Positions 8,694 through 17,699 of a stretch of DNA of 64,000 bases are shown here, piece by piece (position 1 is the first letter of the stretch; every line of letters begins with the position of its first letter). A program made the translations under genes and the position numbers. Source of the DNA: a candidate division WOR-3 bacterium. GTDB lineage: Bacteria > Hydrothermota > Tepidihabitantia > Tepidihabitantales > Tepidihabitantaceae. The notes under the pieces are model-generated. The model was not told the DNA's origin, searched no databases, and worked only from the letters and a program-made list of their open reading frames with translations. The stretch is from NCBI GenBank assembly GCA_965648905.1, contig CBFGIT010000007.1, positions 1 through 64,000 of the forward strand, in the 5' to 3' direction.

Positions 8694-10127
8694 CTACCCC
8701 AGCCTCATCCGGCAGCGGATGAAAGGTCCGCCGGTCGCGCTCCGCACCAATTCCTTGTGACCCTTGCCGCACAAGCCGGCCGACTCGAGATTCAACTCAG
8801 TGCCGACGCGGTCAACACTGGTAAGCACGTCCGGTACGTACCCGGTCGCGCCAATCTGGTAGTACAGCCGGCCGGTCAGGCGGCCGCGCTCGATTTCCCG
8901 GCCGCGAACAATCTGGAGTTGAACCCCCCAGCCCAACGGATCCTCCATGCCCGAGATGAGCTGTTCAAGAAGAATGCCGCGGTCGGTGTCGGCAATCATC
9001 TGGTCGCGCGTCAGACCGCCAAGCTCAGGCGGCCGAGGCTCGAAATACGTATTGGTCATGCGCGCGTAGATTGGATGGTCCCATGATTCAAGCCGTCCTG
9101 ATGCCGACTGCTTCAGTCCGGGCAGCCGGTCTTTCATCGCCAGGAACGAATACCGGTCGCACATCATCGTCGGTTGGAGGATGCCGTTGCGTACCAGCAC
9201 GATCGGTTCTTCGGCCAGCACCCCGTCGTCGGAGAAAAAGACCGAGCCGTTGCATCCTGGTCGTCCCGGGAAGTCGACGATGTTCACCAGGTCCGAGCCG
9301 ACCCGCCGGCCGATGTAGTGAAGCGCCCGCGCTGCGCCGCGCATCATCGTGTCCAGCTCGCAGCCGTGACCGAATGATTCGTGGGCCAGGGTTCCGGCGA
9401 GGTTCGGGTCGAGAATAACGACATGCTCGCCGGGCGGCACGCGGCCCGCCGACAGATGGGCGATTGCTTGTTCGGCCGTCTCCTTGGCCCAGGCAGTCGT
9501 GGCACGGTCTGCGACCTCGTGGCCGTTCCCGGACAGCAGCGCGAAGTTGCTGACCTGGCGATTCTGTTGACCGGCAAAGACCCAGACCGCGAGCACGACC
9601 AGGCTGATATCCGAGGAGAGTAGTTGTCTGCCGTCGCAGAACAGTCGGGACTCGCGTTCCCACCGGTACGCCACCTGAGCCGAAGTGATGCGCGGGTCAA
9701 TCCCCATCAGCCCTTCGTAGACCTGCTCGCACGTTGCCTTACGGACCAGCACGTCATAGTCGGCCGGAGGCTTTGCGCCGACCGAGACAGAGTGCCGGTC
9801 GGCAGCCGGCCCTGATTCCGGCACTGGCCCTGGCCTCACCTTGACCGACCGGGCCAGCTCGCGTATCAGCCTGACCAGTTCGTCCCGGTCCTCAAGCCGA
9901 TTGGTGGCCAGCGAGTGGAACGTTGCACCGTCCCAGACCGAAATCCGCATCCCCTGATCGGGTGCCAGCGGGTTCACCCGCTCATCACTCGTTGCCTTGA
10001 CGACAACCTGTCCCTGCCGGCTCGTCACCAGCACACTCGCATAAGGGATACTCCGACGCGCTTCGGCCACCAGTTCGGGCAGCAAAGACCGCAGCCGGGA
10101 CAGGTCCGGAGGCAGGTTGTGGCTCAT
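8694..10127 (-). CDS. tldD: TldD family metalloprotease
   Basis: 'HESFGHGCE', 'ARMTNTY', 'GLCGKG' motifs. Confidence 0.9.
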   Translation of the reverse strand: MSHNLPPDLSRLRSLLPELVAEARRSIPYASVLVTSRQGQVVVKATSDERVNPLAPDQGMRISVWDGATFHSLATNRLEDRDELVRLIRELARSVKVRPGPVPESGPAADRHSVSVGAKPPADYDVLVRKATCEQVYEGLMGIDPRITSAQVAYRWERESRLFCDGRQLLSSDISLVVLAVWVFAGQQNRQVSNFALLSGNGHEVADRATTAWAKETAEQAIAHLSAGRVPPGEHVVILDPNLAGTLAHESFGHGCELDTMMRGAARALHYIGRRVGSDLVNIVDFPGRPGCNGSVFFSDDGVLAEEPIVLVRNGILQPTMMCDRYSFLAMKDRLPGLKQSASGRLESWDHPIYARMTNTYFEPRPPELGGLTRDQMIADTDRGILLEQLISGMEDPLGWGVQLQIVRGREIERGRLTGRLYYQIGATGYVPDVLTSVDRVGTELNLESAGLCGKGHKELVRSATGGPFIRCRMRLG

Positions 10128-10134
10128 CGACAAC

Positions 10135-10641
10135 TCAGGTGTTGCGCGCCACGAGCTCTTTGGGGACGGCAAACCCCATGGTCATGAGTGGAGCGAATCC
10201 GAGTTTCTGCCAGCACTCACCCGATGGCGGGTTGTTGTTCGCCCAGTCGAGCATGACCAGCGGCACCCGGCGCTGAACCAGAAACCGGGCACAGGCAGCA
10301 ATCAGGCTCTTCATTACGCCCTGGTTCCGCCACGGCTCGTCAACCCAGGCATCGTCAACTCGCGCCAGCGGCCGCGGGGTTATTCGGGCGTTGTCGAGAA
10401 TCCGCAGCAGCAACATGCCGATTGGTCGGTCGCCGCGGTCCACCGCGACGAAAATCCGGTTCTCGTCCCGAGACATCACGTCGGCGTAGAAGCGTTCAAG
10501 TTCGTCCAAAGAATCTGCGCTCAGCCGGAACACGCGCGGATCCTTGTCGAGCAGCAGTTCCTGCAGACAGATGCGCATCCGCTTCAGGTCGGCAAGGTCA
10601 CCGGCCCGGGCGCGGCGGACCGAGAAGTTCATGTCGGCCAC
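10135..10641 (-). CDS. GNAT family N-acetyltransferase
   Basis: 'WVDEPWRNQGVM', 'NN...CWQKLGF'. Confidence 0.85.
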   Translation of the reverse strand: MADMNFSVRRARAGDLADLKRMRICLQELLLDKDPRVFRLSADSLDELERFYADVMSRDENRIFVAVDRGDRPIGMLLLRILDNARITPRPLARVDDAWVDEPWRNQGVMKSLIAACARFLVQRRVPLVMLDWANNNPPSGECWQKLGFAPLMTMGFAVPKELVARNT

Positions 10642-10674
10642 AACGCGCTCCGGTCGGTCAACTCCCCTGTCCGG

Positions 10675-11784
10675 CTAGATGAGAAGGCAGCCCTTCTCCT
10701 CGTACTCCTGGAACAGCCTGCCCCAGCCGGTCTCCTTGCGCCAGCGTTCGTAGACCTTGCGCTCTTTGAGCGGCCAGTGGATGTAGTCGTGATTCAGCTC
10801 GGATACGAGAATCGGCAGATAGACAATCGGCGTGTGGAAGAGCAGCTTCTGGAGCACCCGCGTCGGCCCGTACCACGAGAGCCAGCCGAGAAACCGATGG
10901 AAGTTCCAGCCGACGTCAAAACCCCAGTTCTCGCCTGATACGTCGTCGCCGACCAGTTCAATCTCCCTCGGGTCACCGACGCCCAGCCCGCGCTCGTGGC
11001 CGAGCCTGATATACTTGATGCTCAGCGGGTCAAAGCCCATCAACCTGGCGGCAATCGCATCAATCGCCACCTGGTCACCCGACGCCAGGATGACGTTCTT
11101 GACCACCGGAATGAGCGTGCGCGGGCCCGGGCCGTTGCCTGCGGTTGTGCCATCCATGACTGCAAAGATCCCGGGATGAATCTCCTGCTGAATCGCGAGC
11201 AGGTCAACCAGGGTCTCGTGAATCCAAGTGTGAGTATAGTGACGGTGGGTCGAAAGCAAACCGCCGAACGCGTTCTTCATCGCGCCGGTTGTCGTGGTGT
11301 AGATATGGCACTTGACCGTCGGCAGATGGACAATGTTCTTGCCCAAGAAGTAGTCCGGAATCCTCAGGCCCCTGGGGTAGACACGGTCCAAAGCCAGCAT
11401 CTTCGCCTTCGGCTCATACGGCACCCAGGTCATGTCCTCGGGTTTGAAGTTATAGAGCACCTTGAGCCCGCACTTGCGAAAAATCGGGACGTACTTGTTC
11501 AGGTCCTCGCCTTTGTGCGTGTCGATGACCACGGTCTTGTTCTGAACGCAAGCCAGGTCGCTGTACCCGAGGTCCTGCAGCCCAAGAATCGTCCCCTCAA
11601 GCTGCCACGGCGTGGTATTCGCCGAAGGCATCGGATAGTGCCAGGAGATGTTGTCCTTCAGGATCGTCGTGACCCCAGGTTTCAGGCACCTATCGGCCTC
11701 AGCCAACCTCAGCAACTGACGGTAATCGTCGAGCACGGTCTCGGGTCTGGTTCTCTTCACCGCCACTCTTGCACGCATTGCCAT
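10675..11784 (-). CDS. DUF362 domain protein
   Basis: 'LKDN', 'LPTVKCH...TTGAMKN.FG', 'DG...GNGP', 'D.VAIDA..ARLMGFDP'. Confidence 0.85.
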   Translation of the reverse strand: MAMRARVAVKRTRPETVLDDYRQLLRLAEADRCLKPGVTTILKDNISWHYPMPSANTTPWQLEGTILGLQDLGYSDLACVQNKTVVIDTHKGEDLNKYVPIFRKCGLKVLYNFKPEDMTWVPYEPKAKMLALDRVYPRGLRIPDYFLGKNIVHLPTVKCHIYTTTTGAMKNAFGGLLSTHRHYTHTWIHETLVDLLAIQQEIHPGIFAVMDGTTAGNGPGPRTLIPVVKNVILASGDQVAIDAIAARLMGFDPLSIKYIRLGHERGLGVGDPREIELVGDDVSGENWGFDVGWNFHRFLGWLSWYGPTRVLQKLLFHTPIVYLPILVSELNHDYIHWPLKERKVYERWRKETGWGRLFQEYEEKGCLLI

Positions 11785-11790
11785 CGGCCA

Positions 11791-11818
11791 ATTATATCAC
11801 GGCCGGCCCGCGAATCAA
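11791..11818 (-). promoter_or_regulatory. Promoter, probably leaderless
   Basis: TTGATT-N16-TATAAT, 6 nt before ATG 11784, no SD. Confidence 0.7.
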
Positions 11819-11829
11819 ACAGCACTTCC

Positions 11830-12260
11830 ATGAAAGGGTGATACTGGCCCAACTGGTCGGCCGCCGGCACGCCAAGCCGGGTGAGCGGATTAAAGCACGG
11901 ACCGGCTACCGGAACGGCAGCCACAAGCGGCAGTCGCTGACGACGTTCGGTCGGTCTTCCTAGCCGGGGCGAGCACGCGGGAGGCGGCGCGGGTGCTCGG
12001 GGAACTGCTGGACAAGAGACTGAGTCCGAGCACGGTATCGGAGATCAACAAGCTGACGGACGACAAGGTGCGACGGTTTTGGACCCGGCGGCTCGTTGAC
12101 CGGTGGCGGTTCTTGATGTTTGACGGGGTCTGGGTGAAGGTGCGGACGACGAATGTGATTGAGCGGCTGTTCCGGGAATTACTCAAGCGGATACGACCGA
12201 TGTGCACGTTTGCGGACGGCGCGATCTGTGACCGACTGGTCTATGCGCTGTTCATGAAGA
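11830..12260 (+). mobile_element. IS256-family transposase remnant, internally deleted
   Basis: Fragments 'RTGYRNG...LTTFG', 'LAGASTR...LSPSTVS', 'DGVWVKVR' fused to 'TTNVIERLFRE..KRIRPM..F'. Confidence 0.8.
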
Positions 12261-12316
12261 CCAAGCAGAGTCAGCCACTTGTGTCAAGGGCAGGTAACCC
12301 CGGGTTATCCCCCGAA

Positions 12317-12628
12317 CCATTGGATAGGCCGGCCGGCCTGCCCACAAAACCGGCCTCTGCTCGGTCCAACAGAGCGCCCTTCATTGCCGGCTGAGGTTTG
12401 CGCTTTGGCCGCCCACTGAACCGGGCCTCACTCGGCACTTCGCACTGTCCCTCGGCGGAGAAGAGAGACCGGCCTTCGGCAGCGGCGCGAAACCGGGGTG
12501 GACTGAATCCTCTGGATGGCGCAAGGCTATGTCCTTAGGGCCAGCCTTGCCCGAGTCCTTAAGAAAGCAGAGCAGAATCAGCCGGCACGCTGCTCGCCCG
12601 CGCCCTCAACCTTCGGCCGCTCGCCGGC
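12317..12628. repeat. Degenerate 12-bp periodic array
   Basis: C at position 2 in 12 of the first 15 units; CCT begins units at 12473, 12509, 12533, 12545 and 12557, all in one phase. Confidence 0.55.
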
Positions 12629-12703
12629 GGAGACCCCGAAGACGCGTAGCGTCGCCAGTAGAGTCAGCACCGAGCTATTGACACGGCCAGTCAACGCGGC
12701 ATC

Positions 12704-12731
12704 TTGACTCGGATTGGTGTGGAGCTATCAT
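12704..12731 (+). promoter_or_regulatory. Promoter of tRNA-Ala
   Basis: TTGACT-N16-TATCAT. Confidence 0.7.
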
Positions 12732-12758
12732 GTAGACAAATCGGGCAGACATGCTCGC

Positions 12759-12831
12759 GGGGCTGTAGCTCAGTCGGGAGAGCACCTGCTTTGCAAGCAG
12801 GGGGTCGCCAGTTCGACTCTGGTCAGCTCCA
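12759..12831 (+). tRNA. tRNA-Ala(TGC)
   Basis: GGGGCTGTAGCTCAG...CCTGC-TTTGCAA-GCAGG...GTTCGAC...CAGCTCCA; G3:U70 identity pair; CCA not encoded. Confidence 0.97.
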
Positions 12832-12897
12832 TCAGCGTCGTAGAGTACATGGGGTACGTGGTATACGCTGAACCCCGCGCTATCCGCGGGACTCAAG

Positions 12898-12934
12898 AGA
12901 AGCCGGGGCCGCCCCAGTGGCGGCCCCGGCTTCT
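12898..12934. terminator. Bidirectional intrinsic terminator
   Basis: AGAAGCCGGGGCCGCC-ccagt-GGCGGCCCCGGCTTCT between convergent units. Confidence 0.85.
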
Positions 12935-12952
12935 TCTGGCTCAGCCAAGGTC

Positions 12953-13411
12953 TTAGGGCGTGCCTTTCCGAAGTCGACTTCGAGTCTGGAACTCAGCTAG
13001 TTGGTCGCGGACCGCTCTGATAAACCGCTTCGGGTCGGAGTGCCGTGCGCTGAGTTGCTCGAACGGGCAGACACCGGTGTCATTCCGGTTGCGGATCTCA
13101 GTAACGACATGACGGAATTCGTATTCGATTCCCGCAATCGCCAGGATTCTTTCAGCCGACAGCGAGCCGGTGATTCCCAGGACTCTGGCGACATCGAGGT
13201 AAGCGAAGACGCGGGCCGCACAGGCTCCGACTACCCGGTCAATCACGGTCGCCCCATGCAGGCCGCCGGGAAACCAATCAACCAGTTCGAGCAGAGGTCT
13301 GACCCCAGCTTCCCATGACTCGTACAGCTCGAGGTCATCGCGCAGCACCAGTAGCGACAGGCTGTTCAGTTCGAGCCGAGTGAGGGGGTCGGTTATCTTC
13401 GGACCGCGCAT
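12953..13411 (-). CDS. DUF1893 (TM1506-like) protein
   Basis: 'ES...GVRPLL', 'DRVVG..AA', 'I.NR..TG.CPFE'; ATG 13411 overlaps the upstream stop. Confidence 0.8.
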   Translation of the reverse strand: MRGPKITDPLTRLELNSLSLLVLRDDLELYESWEAGVRPLLELVDWFPGGLHGATVIDRVVGACAARVFAYLDVARVLGITGSLSAERILAIAGIEYEFRHVVTEIRNRNDTGVCPFEQLSARHSDPKRFIRAVRDQLAEFQTRSRLRKGTP

Positions 13412-13791
13412 CAGCGGATGAAGACGAAGTACCCAAGCGCGATGCCGGCGAGGTCGGCGACCAGGTCTTTCCAGGAGAAGTGCCGACTCGGACCACGCAG
13501 GTCGAGAAGCTCCTTCGAGATCCCGAGCCCGAGCGTGCCACCGAGCGACAGCGCGGTCGGCCACGGAGCGTCGAGTCTTGCGCGGTTTGCGCAGAGGTGA
13601 TACCCGGCTCCGACTGAAGCAAAGCTGGCTGAGAAATGCCAGAATTTGTCCATGGCAACCCAGCGGTCAGGCTCGTGGTGCGGCGGGATGATGCTGTCGA
13701 GGCAGAGCGGCCGCACCATACGTCCGAGAGAATCGGGAGCGCGTTCAGGCCACGGTTGAGCGACCAGGGAGATGAGAATGAACAGCGCCAT
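13411..13791 (-). CDS. YfiM-like membrane/lipoprotein
   Basis: 'DKFWHF..S', 'G..KEL.D', 'FSWKDLVAD.AG'. Confidence 0.75.
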   Translation of the reverse strand: MALFILISLVAQPWPERAPDSLGRMVRPLCLDSIIPPHHEPDRWVAMDKFWHFSASFASVGAGYHLCANRARLDAPWPTALSLGGTLGLGISKELLDLRGPSRHFSWKDLVADLAGIALGYFVFIR

Positions 13792-13798
13792 TTCGGGT

Positions 13799-14620
13799 CT
13801 AGGGCCGGCCCGGGTGATCTGATGCCACGATTCTGCCATCAGCCAGACGCGGGACAACCGGCAGCGAATCGACACGCAGTGCAACATCGAGGTCCGAACC
13901 AAAACCAAGCTCAACAAGGTATCGGGCGTGTTCGGTTGAGCGCAGTATCCGAGCCATGTCGGCCTTAACCGCGAGGTAAGTAGCCCAGGCTGCATATGCT
14001 CCGTCGCCGAGCGTCGGTTCGACCTGGTCGGGGCGCAGAGCCGCGAACTGATGACGTCCGCGGCGTGGTCGCAGCGGCGGTGGCTCGGAATCGACGGCCA
14101 GCGGCGGGGTCTGCACAGGCCTGACCAGCCGGTCGACTATGGTTCCGGCGCAGGCCCAGTCTTCAAGACTGATTCGGCCCTTGTTGCCCGCACAGATGAC
14201 TGATATCCTGTCCCAGTTCGACAGTTGGGCAGCGAGTTCGCCGCAGTTGAGGAAACAGCCGACAAACACCGCACCGGCATCCTCAGCCAGTGAGAGAGCT
14301 CGGGTGCCGTTGGTCGTGGTCAGAATCACGACTCTATTGGCGACGGCATCGTGCGAGTACTCGCGGGGCGAGTTGCCCAAGCGAAATCCTTCGATCCGCT
14401 GGCCGTCACGCTCACCGCCGAGTACAGCTTCGTTCTCGCCGTAAGGCTCAAGCAACCGTACAGCCTGTTCGACGTCCGTGGTCGGCAGAATGAAGCGTGC
14501 GCCGTTGGCGAGCGCGGTAGTGATTGTCGTCGCCGCGCGGAAGACATCAATGACGACAACCGCGGTCTGGCTGTCAGCACCGTCGAACTCAGCCGGCGTG
14601 GCCGCGACGTCGATTCTCAT
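13799..14620 (-). CDS. comB: 2-phosphosulfolactate phosphatase family protein
   Basis: 'VIDVFRAATT', 'GER.G....GF.LGNSP', 'TTTNGT', 'SLED..CAG'. Confidence 0.9.
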   Translation of the reverse strand: MRIDVAATPAEFDGADSQTAVVVIDVFRAATTITTALANGARFILPTTDVEQAVRLLEPYGENEAVLGGERDGQRIEGFRLGNSPREYSHDAVANRVVILTTTNGTRALSLAEDAGAVFVGCFLNCGELAAQLSNWDRISVICAGNKGRISLEDWACAGTIVDRLVRPVQTPPLAVDSEPPPLRPRRGRHQFAALRPDQVEPTLGDGAYAAWATYLAVKADMARILRSTEHARYLVELGFGSDLDVALRVDSLPVVPRLADGRIVASDHPGRP

Positions 14621-15957
14621 CGGGCAAGTTCCTCGTCAAGCATGCCGATGGCGAGTGTGCCACGGCGGAACCGCCTGCTCTGCATCAACCGGCGATGGAG
14701 CGGAGTCGTCGTTGGAATTCCCTCCAGCACCGTTTCTGCCAGAGCACGCTCCATACGCGCGATTGCTGATGGCCGGTCCTGTGCCCAGGTCATGACCTTG
14801 GCAATAAGCGTGTCATACTCAGCCGGAACAAGGCAACCTGGCCTCACGCAGGAATCGACCCGCACCCCCGGCCCGGCCGGCAGTCGCGCCTCAGTGAGCA
14901 GGCCTGAGCCCGGTTCAAACCCGGCGTCCGGGTCCTCAGCGCAGATACGACACTCAAGGGCATGGCCGACTGCCTCAGAGAACAGGTTACGGCTCAGTTC
15001 CTCACCGGCTGCGGCCCTGAGTTGTTCGTGGACGATGTCCCTGCCGGTAACCATCTCGGTGACCGCGTGCTCGATGTGCAGCCGACAGTCGAGCTCCAGA
15101 AAGTGGCAGTCTCCTCTTTCATCGGCGAGGAATTCGACCGTGCCCGCGGTGGTCAGCTCGGCAGCGCGGGCCACCGCAACCGACCATTGGGCCAGGCGCT
15201 CGCGGGTTGGGGGAGTCAGTGCCGGTGACGGACTCTCTTCAGCCAGCTTGCGATATCGAAACTGAACCGAGCAGTCGCGTTCAGGCAGCGCACAGACGTT
15301 GCCGTAGCGGTCGGCAAGCAGTTGGACTTCGATGTGCCGAGCGTTGGGCAGGAGTTGCTCGACATAGACCCGGCTGTCGCCGAACGCGGCCCGAGCTTCG
15401 GCTTGGCAGAGGCGTAGGCTTGGTTCGAGGTCGCGCTCGCGCCGGACCACGTACTTACCGACCGACCCGTGTCCGGCTGCGGCCTTGACCATTACCGGGT
15501 ACCCGAGCTCAACACAGAGTCGAACGGCATCGTCAGGTCTGACCACTTCTGATTCAGAACCCGGCACTACCGGAACACCCGCCGCCCGGGCCAGCGCTCT
15601 GCCGGCGAGCTTGTCCTGAGTCCGACGAATGGTCTCGACTGTTGCGCCGACAAAGACCAGGCCGCATGATTCGGTTGCCTCGGCGAACTCAGGGCTGTCG
15701 GCCAGCAGCCCGTAGCCCGGATGCAGGGCGTCACACCGGGTTATCTCGGCCGCGGACAGAATTCGAGAGACGTTCAGGTAGCTGTCCGGCAGGGGCGCCG
15801 GACCGATGCAGACCGCTTCGTCGGCCAGCAGGACCGGCAGCGAGTCACGGTCTGCCTCAGAGTAGACCACCACTGAGCCGATGCCCAGCTCCCGGCAGGC
15901 CCGCACGACGCGCAGTGCCACTTCACCGCGATTGGCGATGAGCACCTTCTTGAACAT
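14617..15957 (-). CDS. accC: Biotin carboxylase (AccC)-like ATP-grasp protein, divergent
   Basis: 'MFKKVLIANRGEVALR', 'HPGYG', 'RHIEVQ', 'ECRICAEDP', 'GPGVRVDS'; several active-site motifs altered. Confidence 0.85.
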   Translation of the reverse strand: MFKKVLIANRGEVALRVVRACRELGIGSVVVYSEADRDSLPVLLADEAVCIGPAPLPDSYLNVSRILSAAEITRCDALHPGYGLLADSPEFAEATESCGLVFVGATVETIRRTQDKLAGRALARAAGVPVVPGSESEVVRPDDAVRLCVELGYPVMVKAAAGHGSVGKYVVRRERDLEPSLRLCQAEARAAFGDSRVYVEQLLPNARHIEVQLLADRYGNVCALPERDCSVQFRYRKLAEESPSPALTPPTRERLAQWSVAVARAAELTTAGTVEFLADERGDCHFLELDCRLHIEHAVTEMVTGRDIVHEQLRAAAGEELSRNLFSEAVGHALECRICAEDPDAGFEPGSGLLTEARLPAGPGVRVDSCVRPGCLVPAEYDTLIAKVMTWAQDRPSAIARMERALAETVLEGIPTTTPLHRRLMQSRRFRRGTLAIGMLDEELAR

Positions 15958-15981
15958 CTGCTATCCGGGCTCGGAACCTGG

Positions 15982-16539
15982 TCAGGCCCGTTCGACGTAG
16001 GTATTGCTTCTTGTGTCGACTCGCACCCGGTCGCCGGTCTTGACAAAAAACGGCACGTCGACGGTCAACCCGGTCGAGAGCCGGGCCGGCTTGCCGCCGC
16101 CGGTGGCGGTGTCGCCCCGGAAATCGGGATTGGTCTCGACGACTTCAAGCACGATGAAAATCGGCGGTTCGATGCTCACCGGCCGGCCTTCAAGATAGTC
16201 CACCTCAACCTCGAGCCCGTCGGTCAGGTAGTAGACGTTGTCGCCGACCGCCTCCTGGTCCAAAGCAAACTGCTCATACGAGGTCGAGTCCATGAAGTGG
16301 TAGCCCATGTCGTCGTGATACATGAACTGCGCCTTCCGCTTCTCCATCTCGACTTCTTCGAGCTTGGTCTCAGACTCGAAACTCTCTTCGATGAGACTGC
16401 CGGTCTTGATGTTGCGCAGCTTGGCGAGGACCCGGGCCCGGCGCTGGGCCGTGCGACTGCGCGAGTAACTGAGCACCTGGTAGATGCCGTCTCGGTATCT
16501 TATCAGGACGCCAGTCTTGAATTCGTTGGGTGTAATCAT
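15982..16539 (-). CDS. efp: Elongation factor P with atypical loop
   Basis: 'KLRNIKTG', 'FMD..SYEQ', 'P.FRGDTATGGGKPA.L.TG', 'YVERA'. Confidence 0.95.
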   Translation of the reverse strand: MITPNEFKTGVLIRYRDGIYQVLSYSRSRTAQRRARVLAKLRNIKTGSLIEESFESETKLEEVEMEKRKAQFMYHDDMGYHFMDSTSYEQFALDQEAVGDNVYYLTDGLEVEVDYLEGRPVSIEPPIFIVLEVVETNPDFRGDTATGGGKPARLSTGLTVDVPFFVKTGDRVRVDTRSNTYVERA

Positions 16540-16567
16540 GTCGTTCGTCTCCTCGGCGTACTGGAGG

Positions 16568-17629
16568 TCAAAGCTCCAGGAGTCCTTTGGGTGTCTTCGT
16601 CAGATTGACGTGTCCGGTCCGCGTGACGAGCACCATGTCCTCAATCCGGACGCCGCCGATGCCGGGCAGATAGATGCCCGGCTCGACCGTGAACACGTCA
16701 CCCGGCGCGAGGACGTCGTCACTTGCCGCCGCGAGCACCGGGCACTCGTGCACCTCGATGCCGACACCGTGTCCCAGTCCGTGGCCGAAGTACCGGTCAT
16801 AGCCGGCCTCTTTGATGTAGTTGCGCGCCGCGGCGTCCACTTCCCGGGCCGGGATGCCGGGCCGGATTGTCGCCAGGGCGCGTTCCTGGGCCGCGAGGAC
16901 GATTTCGTAGACGACACGCAGCTCACCCCGTGCCCGGCCAACGAACACCGTCCGGGTCATGTCCGAGCAGTAGCCGTTCAACCGGCACCCGATGTCAAAC
17001 GTCACCGCGTCGCCGTTCTTCAGCCGGCGGCGGGTGAAACCGGCGTGGGGTTTTGCTCCATTCGGCCCCGAGGCAATGATGCTCTCAAACGAGTTGTCGC
17101 CTCCGGCCCGGCGGAAGGCGAAGTCGACTTCGGTGGCCAGGTCGTGCTCGGTCACGCCAGGCCGAACCAGCCTCAGTACGTCCCTGAATACCCGGTCGGT
17201 CGTCACCTGGGCTTGCTCCAGTAACCTGATTTCGCCCGGCTCCTTGGTCCGACGCAGCTCCCGGACCAGGTCGCGGACCGGCACGAGTCTGTGTTTCCTC
17301 AACACCTTGCGCAGGGATTCGAGCCGCGCGATGGTCAAGTGCTCTTTCTCGACCCCGATGCGCTCTGCCCCGGCCGCATCAGATGCCGGCAGACTGGAGA
17401 ACAGGTCCCGCTTAAGAACGCGCCGGCGGCAGCCGCTGACCTCAGTGCGAATCTGTTCGCCGTAGCGGAAATCGGTGTAGAACCAGGCCCCGTGCCCGGT
17501 CGTCAGCAGCAGGCCGTTCGAGCCGGTGTAACCGCAGAGGTAGCGAAGGTTGGCCGGATGGCTTGTGAAATAGCCGTCCAGTTGTTCCTGTTCCAGCAGC
17601 CGACGCAGTCGCGTGGTTCGTTTTGCCAT
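16568..17629 (-). CDS. Xaa-Pro peptidase (M24B)
   Basis: 'YCSDMTRT', 'HGLGHGVGIEVHE', 'TVEPGIY', 'GVRIED'. Confidence 0.93.
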   Translation of the reverse strand: MAKRTTRLRRLLEQEQLDGYFTSHPANLRYLCGYTGSNGLLLTTGHGAWFYTDFRYGEQIRTEVSGCRRRVLKRDLFSSLPASDAAGAERIGVEKEHLTIARLESLRKVLRKHRLVPVRDLVRELRRTKEPGEIRLLEQAQVTTDRVFRDVLRLVRPGVTEHDLATEVDFAFRRAGGDNSFESIIASGPNGAKPHAGFTRRRLKNGDAVTFDIGCRLNGYCSDMTRTVFVGRARGELRVVYEIVLAAQERALATIRPGIPAREVDAAARNYIKEAGYDRYFGHGLGHGVGIEVHECPVLAAASDDVLAPGDVFTVEPGIYLPGIGGVRIEDMVLVTRTGHVNLTKTPKGLLEL

Positions 17630-17639
17630 GGCGAAAGGT

Positions 17640-17667
17640 ATTCTAGGGCAGTGCGGTCAGGAGTCAA
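17640..17667 (-). promoter_or_regulatory. Promoter of the peptidase-efp operon
   Basis: TTGACT-N16-TAGAAT, 10 nt before ATG, no SD. Confidence 0.7.
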
Positions 17668-17699
17668 TCAGGACGTGGCTGACGCCGTTCCGGCACTAC

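Noticed and set aside
13799..14620. Coenzyme M biosynthesis inferred from comB
   Set aside because: ComB-family phosphatases are widespread in bacteria without CoM, and no comA/comC is present here.
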